A DNA stretch of 64,000 bases from Candidatus Woykebacteria bacterium (GTDB lineage: Bacteria > Patescibacteriota > Microgenomatia > Woykebacterales > RBG-16-39-9b), in NCBI GenBank assembly GCA_040876265.1, contig JBBDPN010000002.1, positions 100,818-164,817 on the forward strand. The letters run 5' to 3'. The notes beneath the pieces are model-generated. The model had not been told where the DNA came from. It saw only the letters and a program-made list of their open reading frames with translations, and searched no databases. Below, piece after piece: positions 18,753-28,335 of the stretch (positions are counted from its first letter, which is position 1; every line of letters starts with the position of its first letter). Position numbers and translations under genes: made by a program.

Positions 18753-19679
18753 GTGAGGGTGTTAAAATTACTGCCTAAGATAGTTCCAATCCTATATCTT
18801 TTTCTTTCCTGGCCTGTTTCTTTTGTATCCGCCCATGAAGGAGAGGAGGAGACGGCCACCACCACTATAACCACCTTGGAAGATACCCTGCGGACTAACA
18901 CCGTAAAGGTGGTGGTCGTAGCCGGAGTTATAATTCTTGGGTTTGTTACTATCACTATTTTACTCAAAAGTCTTGGCGAGGGCGTAAAAAAGCTACTTTT
19001 CGCCGGAATCGTAATTCCGACGTTAATCGCCACCATCTACATGGTTGGCTCAACCCTTTACTTAAACTTTACGTCCGAGAGCGGTGGCCCGGTCCACTGG
19101 CACGCTGATCTGGAGATCTGGGATTGTGGGCAGAAATTGGATCTAGAAGACCCCCAAGGTTTTTCAAACAAGGTAGGCACGGCTACTTTTCATGAACACA
19201 ATGACGATCGTATCCACGTCGAAGGGGTGGTAACCAGAAAAGAAGAAGCTGCTTTAGGCGGATTTTTTGGGTTCATTGGCGGTTCTTTAACCGACGATAG
19301 TTACCGGATTCCTACAAATGAAGGTCTTATCGTTCGCCACAATGGCGATACGTGTCCTGACGGCAGTGAAGGAACCCTCCAAGTTTTTGTGTATAAGACG
19401 CATAATGATTCTTTTTCCCAGGAAAAACTCTCTGAGGGAGCAAGCTATATTTTGAGCCCAGAAGGTAATGTCCCACCCGGAGACTGCATAATAATCGAAT
19501 TCGGGCAAGAAAAAGAAAAAACAGAGAAACTCTGCAATTTCTATAAGTTAAAGCTGCAGACTGGCGAGATAAAGGAAGCACCAGGTACCTTGCCACCTGA
19601 AACAAACTTCGAACCAGATGTAGACGAGGGAACCTCTACACAGCTAAATCATCAAGACGAGGAGGAACATGGGGATTGA
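18753..19679 (+). CDS. Hypothetical membrane protein with His-rich extracytoplasmic domain
   Basis: Signal peptide, 2 TM, HWHAD and HEHNDDRIHVEG. Confidence 0.75.
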   Translation: MRVLKLLPKIVPILYLFLSWPVSFVSAHEGEEETATTTITTLEDTLRTNTVKVVVVAGVIILGFVTITILLKSLGEGVKKLLFAGIVIPTLIATIYMVGSTLYLNFTSESGGPVHWHADLEIWDCGQKLDLEDPQGFSNKVGTATFHEHNDDRIHVEGVVTRKEEAALGGFFGFIGGSLTDDSYRIPTNEGLIVRHNGDTCPDGSEGTLQVFVYKTHNDSFSQEKLSEGASYILSPEGNVPPGDCIIIEFGQEKEKTEKLCNFYKLKLQTGEIKEAPGTLPPETNFEPDVDEGTSTQLNHQDEEEHGD

Positions 19680-20379
19680 GGCGCATCTACCAACCCTTGG
19701 TGTTGTAGTCGGCAGTGCCGCCATAGACAGCATTAACCCTTGCGCTATCGGTGTATTAATACTGATGATATCGGTGATTCTCTCCGGAAAAGGAAGCGTC
19801 GGTAGAATGCTTTTCTTGGGAGGATTGTATGTTTTCGCGGTGTTCATCACCTACCTGATAGCAGGTTTAGGCCTCATCTACTTTTTATCTTCGATTCCAC
19901 TTTTTGTTACAGAATACATTTCTCTTTTTGTAGGTTCTTTTATAATTCTCGCTGGGCTAATAGAGGTCAAAGACTTCTTCTGGTACGGTCGTGGCTTTTC
20001 TTTGGGAATCCCGGTTTACTTTGCCGATAAGATTCACAAATTCGCGAAAAATACCACTATTCCAGGTGTTTTACTACTCGGGGCCTTCGTCTCCGGTGTT
20101 GAGCTACCTTGTACAGGGGCTCCCTACTTGGCAATTATTACAATACTATCTCTAAACTTCGATGCCGTCGCTTTCCTAATGCTGGTTTTGTACAATATTG
20201 TTTTTGTAGCACCATTGCTATTCATCTTGATCCTGGTGGCGTTCGGGGTTAAACTGCAACACGTAAAGCGCTGGAAGCAGGACTCCCGCGGCTACATGAG
20301 ACTATTCATCGGCTTGCTTTTAATTGGCCTAGGCTGGTTATTAATTTTGATCGCTAATGGCACCGTAAATTTTGGATAG
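19669..20379 (+). CDS. CcdA/DsbD-like transmembrane protein (cytochrome c biogenesis family)
   Basis: DSINPCA and ELPCTGAPY paired Pro-Cys motifs, about 6 TM. Confidence 0.8.
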   Translation: MGIEAHLPTLGVVVGSAAIDSINPCAIGVLILMISVILSGKGSVGRMLFLGGLYVFAVFITYLIAGLGLIYFLSSIPLFVTEYISLFVGSFIILAGLIEVKDFFWYGRGFSLGIPVYFADKIHKFAKNTTIPGVLLLGAFVSGVELPCTGAPYLAIITILSLNFDAVAFLMLVLYNIVFVAPLLFILILVAFGVKLQHVKRWKQDSRGYMRLFIGLLLIGLGWLLILIANGTVNFG

Positions 20380-20653
20380 TAACATGACTCTAATTGTCAA
20401 ACGTAAAGGACATAAAGAAAATTTTGACTCAAGAAAAGTGTACGCGAGTGTATACGCTGCATGTTTAAACGTGCATATGCACGAAGGCGAGGCAGAACTT
20501 ATTGCCGACAAGGTAAGTAAAGAGGTGGGGGAACAATTAAAAAGTAAGGTGGAAATCAGCTCAAATCAAATCTTGCAGTCGACCGCAGAAACATTACGTA
20601 AATACAATTCTGACGCTGCTTTTATGTACGAGACCCACCGTGATGTTTCCTAA
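20372..20653 (+). CDS. Stand-alone ATP-cone domain protein
   Basis: IVKRKGHKENFDSRKV...ISSNQI. Confidence 0.82.
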   Translation: MDSNMTLIVKRKGHKENFDSRKVYASVYAACLNVHMHEGEAELIADKVSKEVGEQLKSKVEISSNQILQSTAETLRKYNSDAAFMYETHRDVS

Positions 20654-20654
20654 T

Positions 20655-20735
20655 GTTTCACGCGTCAAGCGTCATGTATCATGTTTTTGGTTAATTAACA
20701 CCCCTACTTGATTCTTGACGCCTGATACTTGAGAC
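20655..20735. repeat. Inverted heptamer-periodic arrays between convergent genes
   Basis: gtttcac gcgtcaa gcgtcat gtatcat ... tacttga ttcttga cgcctga tacttga. Confidence 0.65.
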
Positions 20736-20739
20736 CGAT

Positions 20740-21216
20740 CTACGTGTGACGATCAGCAACTTTTGTCGCTCCAAAAGACTCTGGCTTTATTTTGAAGGTA
20801 AATCCGCTACCAAGCACCATTCCAGTTACCCAGCGGATCATATCTCGGGTGAGACCACCCTCACCCACGTCAAGATGAACCTCTGGCTCATATTGGGACA
20901 GTCCATTATGACGAAAGGTATCTCTGAGTTGCCAAGCGAGCTCAATGGAAAATTGGGTTTCTTTGCTTATTCGGTCGGCTAAAGCAACCACGTTCTTAAC
21001 CTTTTTTCGGTTCCAAAAATAAAGTCCGCCTTTACCAATACGGTGGATGATAATCGCCGTAACAAATTCGGTAACGCCGTTTCTTTTTTCAGAATCTGTA
21101 CCAACAATAATTTTGTAGCGGAAATTAGTATCCGCTTTTATATAATCGCCTATTTTTCCTATTACCCCAGAGTAACCAAGTTCACCCCAGGTTGGTGATA
21201 TATACTTCTCTTCCAT
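20740..21216 (-). CDS. RNase H-like YkuK/DUF458 protein
   Basis: IVGTDS, HRIGKGG, EVHLDVG, IKPESFGATKVADRHT. Confidence 0.88.
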   Translation of the reverse strand: MEEKYISPTWGELGYSGVIGKIGDYIKADTNFRYKIIVGTDSEKRNGVTEFVTAIIIHRIGKGGLYFWNRKKVKNVVALADRISKETQFSIELAWQLRDTFRHNGLSQYEPEVHLDVGEGGLTRDMIRWVTGMVLGSGFTFKIKPESFGATKVADRHT

Positions 21217-21242
21217 AGTCCACAATTGTATCTAAACAAGGC

Positions 21243-21710
21243 TCAAAATGCAATTTCCACAGATCTCTTCAAAATCTCCACGATACTTCCCCAGAAAACT
21301 CCTGTCCAAATTATTGCGCTCACTAGTGAGGCAGCTACTAACAAAATTTCCGATCTACCTTCGGAATAGCGGAGCAGACGCAAAAAAATTGCGTAGGTGA
21401 AAACACCCAAAATAATGCTTGAAAAAAATAATGCGACTGGTCCTTGGCGTTCGATGTTTTTATGGGCCCAACTCGGTAACTTTCTCAGCAGTCTTTCCAC
21501 AAAAGTTTTCCCAGAGGTGAGCTCAAGCAATCGGAAGAAAATTAAAGAAGTTACGCCAGTTAAAACCCCCATTCCCAGTATAGCCAGTACAATCCCCCCA
21601 TAGAAAACAAGCAGAGGGGCTAATATTCTGAAGAGATTCACTGGCAACGGACCAGCAATTGGTCCGGGCCAAATAAAGGCGATGATTGTTTGGCGAAGTT
21701 TTTCAGTCAT
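21243..21710 (-). CDS. Hypothetical membrane protein
   Basis: Several TM segments. Confidence 0.7.
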   Translation of the reverse strand: MTEKLRQTIIAFIWPGPIAGPLPVNLFRILAPLLVFYGGIVLAILGMGVLTGVTSLIFFRLLELTSGKTFVERLLRKLPSWAHKNIERQGPVALFFSSIILGVFTYAIFLRLLRYSEGRSEILLVAASLVSAIIWTGVFWGSIVEILKRSVEIAF

Positions 21711-21848
21711 TTTCTCTGAGCGCAAGGAGTTGATTCAATTTGTGAGCCTTCAACAGCACAAGCGAGTATAAGAATGGGTTTAGTGTTTCTAACTTTTTTT
21801 CGGGCGGATTTGAAGGCGAACAAAGTGTTAATCAACGACTAAAGCGCT

Positions 21849-22919
21849 TTATTCCAGATAGTCTTTTAGTTTCTTGCTTCGAGTAGGGTGCCGTAGCTTC
21901 CTCAATGCCTTTGCTTCTATCTGTCTAATCCGTTCCCTGGTTACGCCAAATTCCTTGCCGACTTCTTCCAACGTCCTTTGGCGACCGTCCTCAAGACCAA
22001 AACGTAGCCGCAGCACTTTTTTTTCTCGGTCATTTAAAGTATCTAAAACTTCAGCTAAGTGAGATTTGAGCAATTCGGCGCTGGCCTGATCTTCTGGTCT
22101 AATTTCCTCATCTGGAATGAAATCGCCAAGAGTGGAATCTTTTTCCTCGCCCACCGGCGCTTCAAGACTGGTCGGTTCTTGCGAAACCTTAATGATTTCG
22201 CGCACTTTTTCGGGATCTATATCCATTTCTTTAGCGACTTCCTCTGGAGTTGGTTCACGGCCAAGCTCTTGCATAAGCTTCCTACTTGTCCGAATGAAAC
22301 GATTTATCGTTTCTACCATGTGAACAGGAATTCGAATCGTTCTTGCTTGATCTGCAATTGCCCGAGTAATCGCTTGTCGTATCCACCAAGTAGCGTAAGT
22401 AGAAAATTTAAAGCCTTTTCGCCAATCAAATTTCTCTACCGCCCGCATAAGTCCAATATTTCCTTCCTCAATCAAATCCAGCAAAGTAAGACCACGACCT
22501 ACGTATTTTTTGGCGATTGAGACCACTAAACGAAGGTTTGAGTTTATTAAAACTTCTTTTGACTTTGGGTCTCCTTTTTCTACGCCTTTTGCAAGAGTAA
22601 TCTCCTCATCAGCGGTTAAAAGATTTATCCGACCGATTTCTTTTAGATACATACGAACCGGATCAGTTATTTGTCCACCTGCCAGGGCGGTCAAAACCTC
22701 GATCTCTTTATCGATATCGCCGCCCTTCATTTCTTCTTCGGCCCCTACCTCTAGCACATCTACCCCTTCCTCGCCCAAGCGTGTGTATAGCTGATCAATC
22801 TCCTCAACATGTTTCTCAGCTTCCGGATAAACCGCCAATATATCGTCTTGGGTTACAAAACCCACTTCTTTCCCTCTTTTAATTAGGTCGCTTACACTTG
22901 TCACTACCTTTGTTGCCAT
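21849..22919 (-). CDS. rpoD: RNA polymerase primary sigma factor
   Basis: [42 protein letters not shown]. Confidence 0.98.
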   Translation of the reverse strand: MATKVVTSVSDLIKRGKEVGFVTQDDILAVYPEAEKHVEEIDQLYTRLGEEGVDVLEVGAEEEMKGGDIDKEIEVLTALAGGQITDPVRMYLKEIGRINLLTADEEITLAKGVEKGDPKSKEVLINSNLRLVVSIAKKYVGRGLTLLDLIEEGNIGLMRAVEKFDWRKGFKFSTYATWWIRQAITRAIADQARTIRIPVHMVETINRFIRTSRKLMQELGREPTPEEVAKEMDIDPEKVREIIKVSQEPTSLEAPVGEEKDSTLGDFIPDEEIRPEDQASAELLKSHLAEVLDTLNDREKKVLRLRFGLEDGRQRTLEEVGKEFGVTRERIRQIEAKALRKLRHPTRSKKLKDYLE

Positions 22920-22940
22920 AGAAAAACGCGAAAATATTTG

Positions 22941-24698
22941 TTAGTTTGTTTCTAAACTGCTGAGGGCTTTGGACAAATCCCTAAATTGTTTACTAAGATT
23001 AATCACCTTAACTTGATTTTTTACACCTTCGGCTTGCCTGATTGCCAAAGAAAGCTCTTTTAGCTTAGTTCGTAAGTTTAACTCTTTTAGTCTTGAGCTG
23101 CAATAACGTATCTCCTTATTAATCTTTTCCTCATCTTCCAGGATCTCTGCTCTTATATCCAGGAGCAATAGTTCGTCAAAAATCGGCAAAAGCGCTTCAG
23201 GGATATTTTTTGCCAAGGATTTTATCTTTATACGTCTTTCCGCGCTGTTAAACTTGTCTATTATTCTAAACAGCTCCTTTATCTCCCGGTCGCTAAAAAT
23301 TTTTTCATCCAGTATATCTGGTAGTTGACCGGCCTGCAAAATACAGGCTAACAAATATTTCTCTACCAATACTTGGCCTTTTGCACTCAGAGGTTTTTCT
23401 AGGATTTCTTTAATTTGCTCGCTTGTTTGCCCACCTTCGTATTTTTTTATCGCTTCCCTAAGTACTGACTCTTCTAGCCCGAGCTTTGAGGCCAACATCT
23501 GTAGATAATGAGATTTGAGAATTTCATCGCTAATTGTAGATAGGTTAGGTAAAACTTGGGCAGCCACTTTTCTTTTAGCCTCTGCATCAGAAACTCCAAA
23601 CCTATCAATGGCCGAATTTATAAAATAGTCAAAGACCGGCACGGCGGCGCGTATGGCGCCCTTCCAGGCGAGGGGGTCTTTTCTGATGATCTCATCAGGA
23701 TCTTTACCGCTCACCATTTTCACTACACGTATATTCAAACCAGCTGCTTCTGCTATTTCTATACCTCTCTTGGCAGCAACGTCCCCGGCTAGATCTTTAT
23801 CAAAAGCAAAAAAAACCTGCTCGGCCCATCTTTTAACGAGTTCTATCTGAAGTTGAGTAAGTGCTGTCCCCAAAGGCGCGACTACGTTGCTTACGCCGAT
23901 CTGGTGGGAAGAAATAACGTCTAGATTTCCTTCCACTAGCACAGCTGTTCCCTCCTTCTTTATGCTATTTTTGGCCAGATGAATACCGTATAAAGACTTG
24001 CTCTTATTAAAAATTGGTGTGTCTGGGCTATTTAAATATTTCGGTTCTACGCTACCTAGCGCTCGACCAGAAAAAGCAATCACTTTACCCTGAGCGTCGA
24101 AAATAGGAAACATTATTCTACCTCTAAAGCGGTCTCTTGGCTTGTTCTGGCCCACCATAGCTAATCCCGAGATAATTACCGCCTGGGCCGAAAAACCTTT
24201 TTTTGCAAGATAATCCAAGAGTATGCTTTCTCTATCGGGTGCCACTCCAAGAGAAAAATCACGGATAGCTGCTTGTTTTATACCTCGCGCTTTCAAGTAT
24301 TCGAGCGCCTTTTTGCCTGTTGGGTGGTTGATGAGTAGGTGGTGATAAAGATTGGTTGCCGCCTCATGAGCTTTTAACAACACTTCTTTCTGCTGTTCAG
24401 CCCTTGTAGGCTTGTAATCCTGCAATTGCACGCCAGCTCTGACCGCCAGTGCCTTCATTGCCTCACCAAACTCGACGCCCTCCATCCTTTTGTAAAAGGC
24501 AAAGACATCGCCGCCCTCACTACAACCAAAACATTTGAATATTTGTCGGTCCGGACTGACCATAAAAGAAGGGGTTTTTTCATTGTGAAATGGGCAAAGT
24601 GCTTTGTAGTTTCGACCAGCTTTTTTTAGAGGCGTATATTCGTTAATCAGCCCAACAATATCAATTCTTTTCTTTACTTCATCCACCTGACTGTCCAT
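22941..24698 (-). CDS. dnaG: DNA primase
   Basis: CPFHNEKTPSF zinc finger, KYLNSP, TOPRIM EG..D. Confidence 0.98.
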   Translation of the reverse strand: MDSQVDEVKKRIDIVGLINEYTPLKKAGRNYKALCPFHNEKTPSFMVSPDRQIFKCFGCSEGGDVFAFYKRMEGVEFGEAMKALAVRAGVQLQDYKPTRAEQQKEVLLKAHEAATNLYHHLLINHPTGKKALEYLKARGIKQAAIRDFSLGVAPDRESILLDYLAKKGFSAQAVIISGLAMVGQNKPRDRFRGRIMFPIFDAQGKVIAFSGRALGSVEPKYLNSPDTPIFNKSKSLYGIHLAKNSIKKEGTAVLVEGNLDVISSHQIGVSNVVAPLGTALTQLQIELVKRWAEQVFFAFDKDLAGDVAAKRGIEIAEAAGLNIRVVKMVSGKDPDEIIRKDPLAWKGAIRAAVPVFDYFINSAIDRFGVSDAEAKRKVAAQVLPNLSTISDEILKSHYLQMLASKLGLEESVLREAIKKYEGGQTSEQIKEILEKPLSAKGQVLVEKYLLACILQAGQLPDILDEKIFSDREIKELFRIIDKFNSAERRIKIKSLAKNIPEALLPIFDELLLLDIRAEILEDEEKINKEIRYCSSRLKELNLRTKLKELSLAIRQAEGVKNQVKVINLSKQFRDLSKALSSLETN

Positions 24699-24748
24699 CG
24701 GCTACCTTATACTAGTAGATTAGGTAAAATTTGACAAGATTGTTGAGG

Positions 24749-24985
24749 TTAAGCCAGTCTTTTGTTTCTAAATGCTTGTCCAGAACCAGTTTTTAGGTAA
24801 CGTTCAAATCTTAATGCCTTTAATCTATCGGTAAATTCGCAGTACCAAACAAGTTTTACTGGCCTTAGGTCTTTCGTGGACCCAACCAAACCGTTTTGAT
24901 GTTCATTAAGGCGTTCTTTTAGCTTGGGTGTGGAACCCGTGTAGACAGATTTGTCTTTCAATCGTAGTAGGTAAACGTAATACAT
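24749..24985 (-). CDS. Small stand-alone GIY-YIG nuclease
   Basis: YYVYLL...YTGST..LKERL.EH, ERYLKTGSG. Confidence 0.92.
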   Translation of the reverse strand: MYYVYLLRLKDKSVYTGSTPKLKERLNEHQNGLVGSTKDLRPVKLVWYCEFTDRLKALRFERYLKTGSGQAFRNKRLA

Positions 24986-24987
24986 AA

Positions 24988-25099
24988 GTGACCACCCTAC
25001 GTTAAAACTTCTGGTGACACCCTCCGCTAACTTTACTAACCTAATTACCTACTCTATTTAGGTGGCTTGCAGCCACCTGAAGCTTTAGCGAAAGGTGGC
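24988..25099. repeat. Cluster of GAA-zipper hairpins between tRNA-Ser and the GIY-YIG gene
   Basis: gccacct-gaa-gc-ttta-gc-gaa-aggtggc (25072-25099, overlaps tRNA CCA end) and an inverted degenerate copy at 24988-25020. Confidence 0.7.
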
Positions 25100-25185
25100 G
25101 GAGGCGAGAGGATTCGAACCTCTGGTACCGTCACCGGCACACGCGATTTCCAGTCGCGCCCGTTCGACCACTCCGGCACGCCTCC
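25096..25185 (-). tRNA. tRNA-Ser(GGA)
   Basis: Cloverleaf with long variable arm, anticodon loop CTGGAAA, CCA end. Confidence 0.96.
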
Positions 25186-25287
25186 AAAACACTAGGGCAC
25201 TTAAGATAGCGCCCAAAGGCACTATCGCAAGACGCAAAGCGGCTTATATGGCCCCTCCAAAGTCAAAAGATTTTACTTCACCTAGGC

Positions 25288-25707
25288 TTATTTTTCAAGA
25301 AGGGTTGTTGCTTTTTCGATCATTTTTTTCTCGCCTGGATAATCAAGTTTTTCAATGGCGTCTTTTGAGTTTAGCCAGGCAAAATCTTCCATTTCCCAGC
25401 CCAGGTCTTTGGCTGGGTCGCCACTTTTGTATTTCATGAGGAAAAAATGGCTGGTTTTGCGGACTTTTTCTTTCTCAGGACTGGTGTAAAAAATCTTAAC
25501 CTCGCCGAGATACTCTTGGATTTCAGCCTCCACCCCAGCTTCTTCTTTTACTTCCCGCGCAGCAGCCTGTTCTTTCGTCTCGCCAGGATCCACCCAACCT
25601 TTTGGCAATACCCATCGATGGTGACCAGAATGCTGAACAACTAGGAATTCGGTTTTGCCTCTAGATTTTCGGAATACAACCCCTCCTGCGCTAGTCTCGG
25701 TCTTCAT
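25288..25707 (-). CDS. NUDIX hydrolase
   Basis: Nudix box GWVDPGETKEQAAAREVKEEAGV. Confidence 0.93.
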   Translation of the reverse strand: MKTETSAGGVVFRKSRGKTEFLVVQHSGHHRWVLPKGWVDPGETKEQAAAREVKEEAGVEAEIQEYLGEVKIFYTSPEKEKVRKTSHFFLMKYKSGDPAKDLGWEMEDFAWLNSKDAIEKLDYPGEKKMIEKATTLLEK

Positions 25708-26126
25708 ATCAAAATTCTTTTTATTACTCGAAGGTCTTTTCTTGTCAAAAAATCTGTTACTTTTTCCTCAATTACTTTTTTTGCTTCTCCTCGGGCATTA
25801 ATAACCTTACCTTTTCCCACATAAAGCGCTACGTGGCCGATACCCTCGGGAAATTCTGGGTTATAATGTCCCCAACCCCCTTTTATAAAAATTAAATCCC
25901 CGGGTTCTAATTTACTTTCTATTGGTTCGATAATCTTTCCTTCCGAAGCTTGGTCAAGAGCTGTTCGAGGTAATTCAACGCCGACTTTTTTATAAAGATA
26001 TTGGATAAAACTTGAGCAATCAAAAACTTTGGGGGCTAGATAGAGTTTAGCGCCATAAACATAGGGTTTTCCCAGGTATTTACGAGCCAACCTAATTATT
26101 TTTCGAACCTTTTCTGTTTTAGTCAC
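25704..26126 (-). CDS. NlpC/P60 family peptidase
   Basis: LGKPYVYG, FDCSSF, GHVALY; start set to GTG 26126 because the longer ORF overlaps tRNA-Arg. Confidence 0.92.
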   Translation of the reverse strand: MTKTEKVRKIIRLARKYLGKPYVYGAKLYLAPKVFDCSSFIQYLYKKVGVELPRTALDQASEGKIIEPIESKLEPGDLIFIKGGWGHYNPEFPEGIGHVALYVGKGKVINARGEAKKVIEEKVTDFLTRKDLRVIKRILI

Positions 26127-26128
26127 TT

Positions 26129-26205
26129 TGGTATCCTCGGCGGGAATCGAACCCACAATCTTCGGCTCCGGAGGCCGACGCTTTGTCCGATTAAGCTACG
26201 AGGAC
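26129..26205 (-). tRNA. tRNA-Arg(CCG)
   Basis: Cloverleaf, anticodon loop CTCCGGA, CCA end. Confidence 0.94.
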
Positions 26206-26206
26206 T

Positions 26207-26298
26207 TGGCGGAGGGAGGAGGATTCGAACCTCCGAGGGCCTTACGACCCAACCGCTTTTCGAGAGCGGCGCATTAAACCGGGCTCTGCCATCCCTCC
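26207..26298 (-). tRNA. tRNA-Ser(CGA)
   Basis: Cloverleaf with long variable arm, anticodon loop CTCGAAA. Confidence 0.95.
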
Positions 26299-26309
26299 AA
26301 GTTTTAAAC

Positions 26310-26386
26310 TGGCGCGCTCGGTGAGACTCGAACTCACAACCTCCAGCTCCGCAAGCTGATGCTCTATCCTATTGAGCTACGAGCGC
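26310..26386 (-). tRNA. tRNA-Arg(GCG)
   Basis: Cloverleaf, anticodon loop TTGCGGA, CCA end. Confidence 0.93.
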
Positions 26387-26390
26387 ACTC

Positions 26391-26477
26391 TATAGACCGC
26401 TCCATACTTCAAAACCAAGGTTTTTCAGTATTCCCGCGTCCTGCGACCACTCGCCTCGCGAAGCGGGCTTCGTGGGC
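26391..26477 (-). repeat. Two-hairpin structured element, copy A
   Basis: Shares TGGTCGCAGGACGCGGGARTACTGA...AAGTRYGGAGCG..CTATA with 29301-29422. Confidence 0.75.
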
Positions 26478-26498
26478 TACCAATTGAACTACGGGGAC
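26477..26498 (-). pseudogene. Orphan tRNA 5' fragment (Arg-like)
   Basis: GTCCCCGTAGTTCAATTGGTAG directly after a TTGCGA-N17-TACAAT promoter; no 3' half follows. Confidence 0.65.
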
Positions 26499-26540
26499 AA
26501 AGTTTTCCAATTGTATCAAATGAAGCTTTTTGTCGCAAAG

Positions 26541-27122
26541 CTAGCTAGTAAGTTTGTGGAAGCCGTTGGAGAAAAAATCTGCGGCTGTATCTAGCCAAGT
26601 AGTTTTTGGCAATTCTCGATAGGGAATGTAACGGGCGAGGATTTCCCTTATCTTTTCCAAATCATGTTTGTTTATTAAAATAATTAGTCTCCTTGGCCAC
26701 TGTAAGTAAGTGTCTATGTACAAAATTGTAAAATTATTTTTTTCGCTGCTCCAAAAATCATCCAGTTCTTCCCAAATGTAACTATGCCCAGCAGTATTTA
26801 TACCTTGCGTGGTGATTTCATTTTCAATTGTTTCTGGTGGTATCGTCGAAAGGATATAAGCCACAAAAGCAAGTGCTAAAACAGGTGCGATGATGAAAAA
26901 TTCACGCACAAAAAGCAGGATTAGAATAATGGTCGCTACCAGCAAAAAGGTGTAGATAAACCATTTGGAACCTCTTTTGGTATATGGTCTGGAAAAACTC
27001 TGCCAACGAAATAGACTCTTTACTGATTTTTGCTTTTTCTTGCCTGTTTCAAGCCCCGAAATTTGCTCTTGCAGGCGCTCTACTTCTGCTTTTAAGGTTT
27101 TGACGGCACTTTGGGACGGCAT
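26541..27122 (-). CDS. Conserved hypothetical membrane protein
   Basis: Coiled N-terminus, 2 TM, PH-like C-terminal domain. Confidence 0.78.
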   Translation of the reverse strand: MPSQSAVKTLKAEVERLQEQISGLETGKKKQKSVKSLFRWQSFSRPYTKRGSKWFIYTFLLVATIILILLFVREFFIIAPVLALAFVAYILSTIPPETIENEITTQGINTAGHSYIWEELDDFWSSEKNNFTILYIDTYLQWPRRLIILINKHDLEKIREILARYIPYRELPKTTWLDTAADFFSNGFHKLTS

Positions 27123-27444
27123 TTGGTCTCCTAAAATTATTTTAAACCAAAAAATAAAATAGTGAAAGGGGTGTGGTTTACTCCTTAACACCTTGGCGGT
27201 GTCTGTTTGAAAATATCCGAACGGAACTCTCTGGGCTCGGTGGGCGGAATTCCCCCCTCACCACCCTTCCGCCCGCCTCGCCTTGAACGGGAGCGGAAAG
27301 GCAAACTGCCAAAGAACCTGTTGAGAATGTCGGTTCGAACTTTACGAAGGCCAAAAGCGGGCTTTTCTTTACGGAATGAACCTTTTTTGATATCATACTC
27401 TTGAAAACATATCCATGAGTTGATGATATCAAAGTTTTGAAACC

Positions 27445-27642
27445 ATGGCAACAATAGGCGAGAATATCAAGAAATACCGCAACAAACTTGGCTTGACGCA
27501 AGACGATTTAGTGAGAAAGGCAGGTGTGAAGTACACCACCCTTACAAAAATCGAGGGCGACTTTGTGCAAAAGCCGAGTGTTCAGATGATAGCGAAAATC
27601 GCGAAGGCTTTGGACGTTTCAATAGAAGAATTGATAAAATAA
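27445..27642 (+). CDS. XRE-family helix-turn-helix regulator
   Basis: IGENIKKYR.KLGLTQ..L...LTKIE...PS...KIAKALDVSIEEL. Confidence 0.93.
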   Translation: MATIGENIKKYRNKLGLTQDDLVRKAGVKYTTLTKIEGDFVQKPSVQMIAKIAKALDVSIEELIK

Positions 27643-27651
27643 ATAACCTCC

Positions 27652-28242
27652 ATGAAAGATTCCATAACAAAACAGGAAGAGCTTGCAGAGCGTAAAGAAA
27701 ACAGGGAGGAAGATGTTATTAAGGAGCGAGTCGATCATCTCATTGAGCATCGGATTCCTTGGTTGATTCTGGGTATTTTAGGCGGATTTGTAGCTACTTT
27801 TGTTGTTTCAAAATACGAAGCAATTCTATCTGCCGATGTTCGACTCGCTTTTTTTATTCCCATCATTGTCTACTTAAGTGACGCGGTGGGAACTCAAACT
27901 GAAACTATCTATGTCCGCGTGCTTTCAGAAAAGAAAAAAATAAATTTTTACAAATACATTATTAAAGAAAGTTTTGTTGGGCTTGGTTTGGGTACCATTT
28001 CCGGAATACTTTTGGGGATTTTTGCTAACTATTGGCTTACATCGTCTCTGATTGGACTTACGATAGGAATTACAATGGTTATCAATCTTACTTTCGCGCC
28101 TATTCTTGCGGTTCTTATACCCAGCATTCTCTACAAGAAACATGCCGATCCTGCACTGGGCTCGGGCCCCGTTGCCACTATTATTCAAGATGTGATTAGT
28201 TTATTGGTTTATTTCCTAGTTGCGAGCTTTATTCTTTTTTGA
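27652..28242 (+). CDS. MgtE-family Mg2+ transporter, membrane domain only
   Basis: R.PWL, FFIP.I...VGTQT, DPALGSGP.ATIIQD; no CBS domains. Confidence 0.9.
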   Translation: MKDSITKQEELAERKENREEDVIKERVDHLIEHRIPWLILGILGGFVATFVVSKYEAILSADVRLAFFIPIIVYLSDAVGTQTETIYVRVLSEKKKINFYKYIIKESFVGLGLGTISGILLGIFANYWLTSSLIGLTIGITMVINLTFAPILAVLIPSILYKKHADPALGSGPVATIIQDVISLLVYFLVASFILF

Positions 28243-28335
28243 GAATTTGCCGCCAAAGAACCTGGCCGAACGGTGTTCGGCGAAATGCTGGATCGGATTT
28301 GCGCGGGCGAGCCAATGACTTCATTTCCTAACTGG
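28243..28335 (+). pseudogene. Serine recombinase remnant
   Basis: AKEPGRTVFGEMLDRICAGE resembles the resolvase-domain segment (S/T)AK.PGR..F..ML..I..GE. Confidence 0.65.

Noticed and set aside
25095-25439. Plus-strand ORF MAEARGFEPL...
   Set aside because: Antisense reading of tRNA-Ser(GGA) and the NUDIX gene
26391-26477. Hammerhead ribozyme or group I intron reading of the repeated element
   Set aside because: CTGA is not followed by NGA and there is no GAAA/UH core; too short for an intron and no downstream tRNA 3' exon
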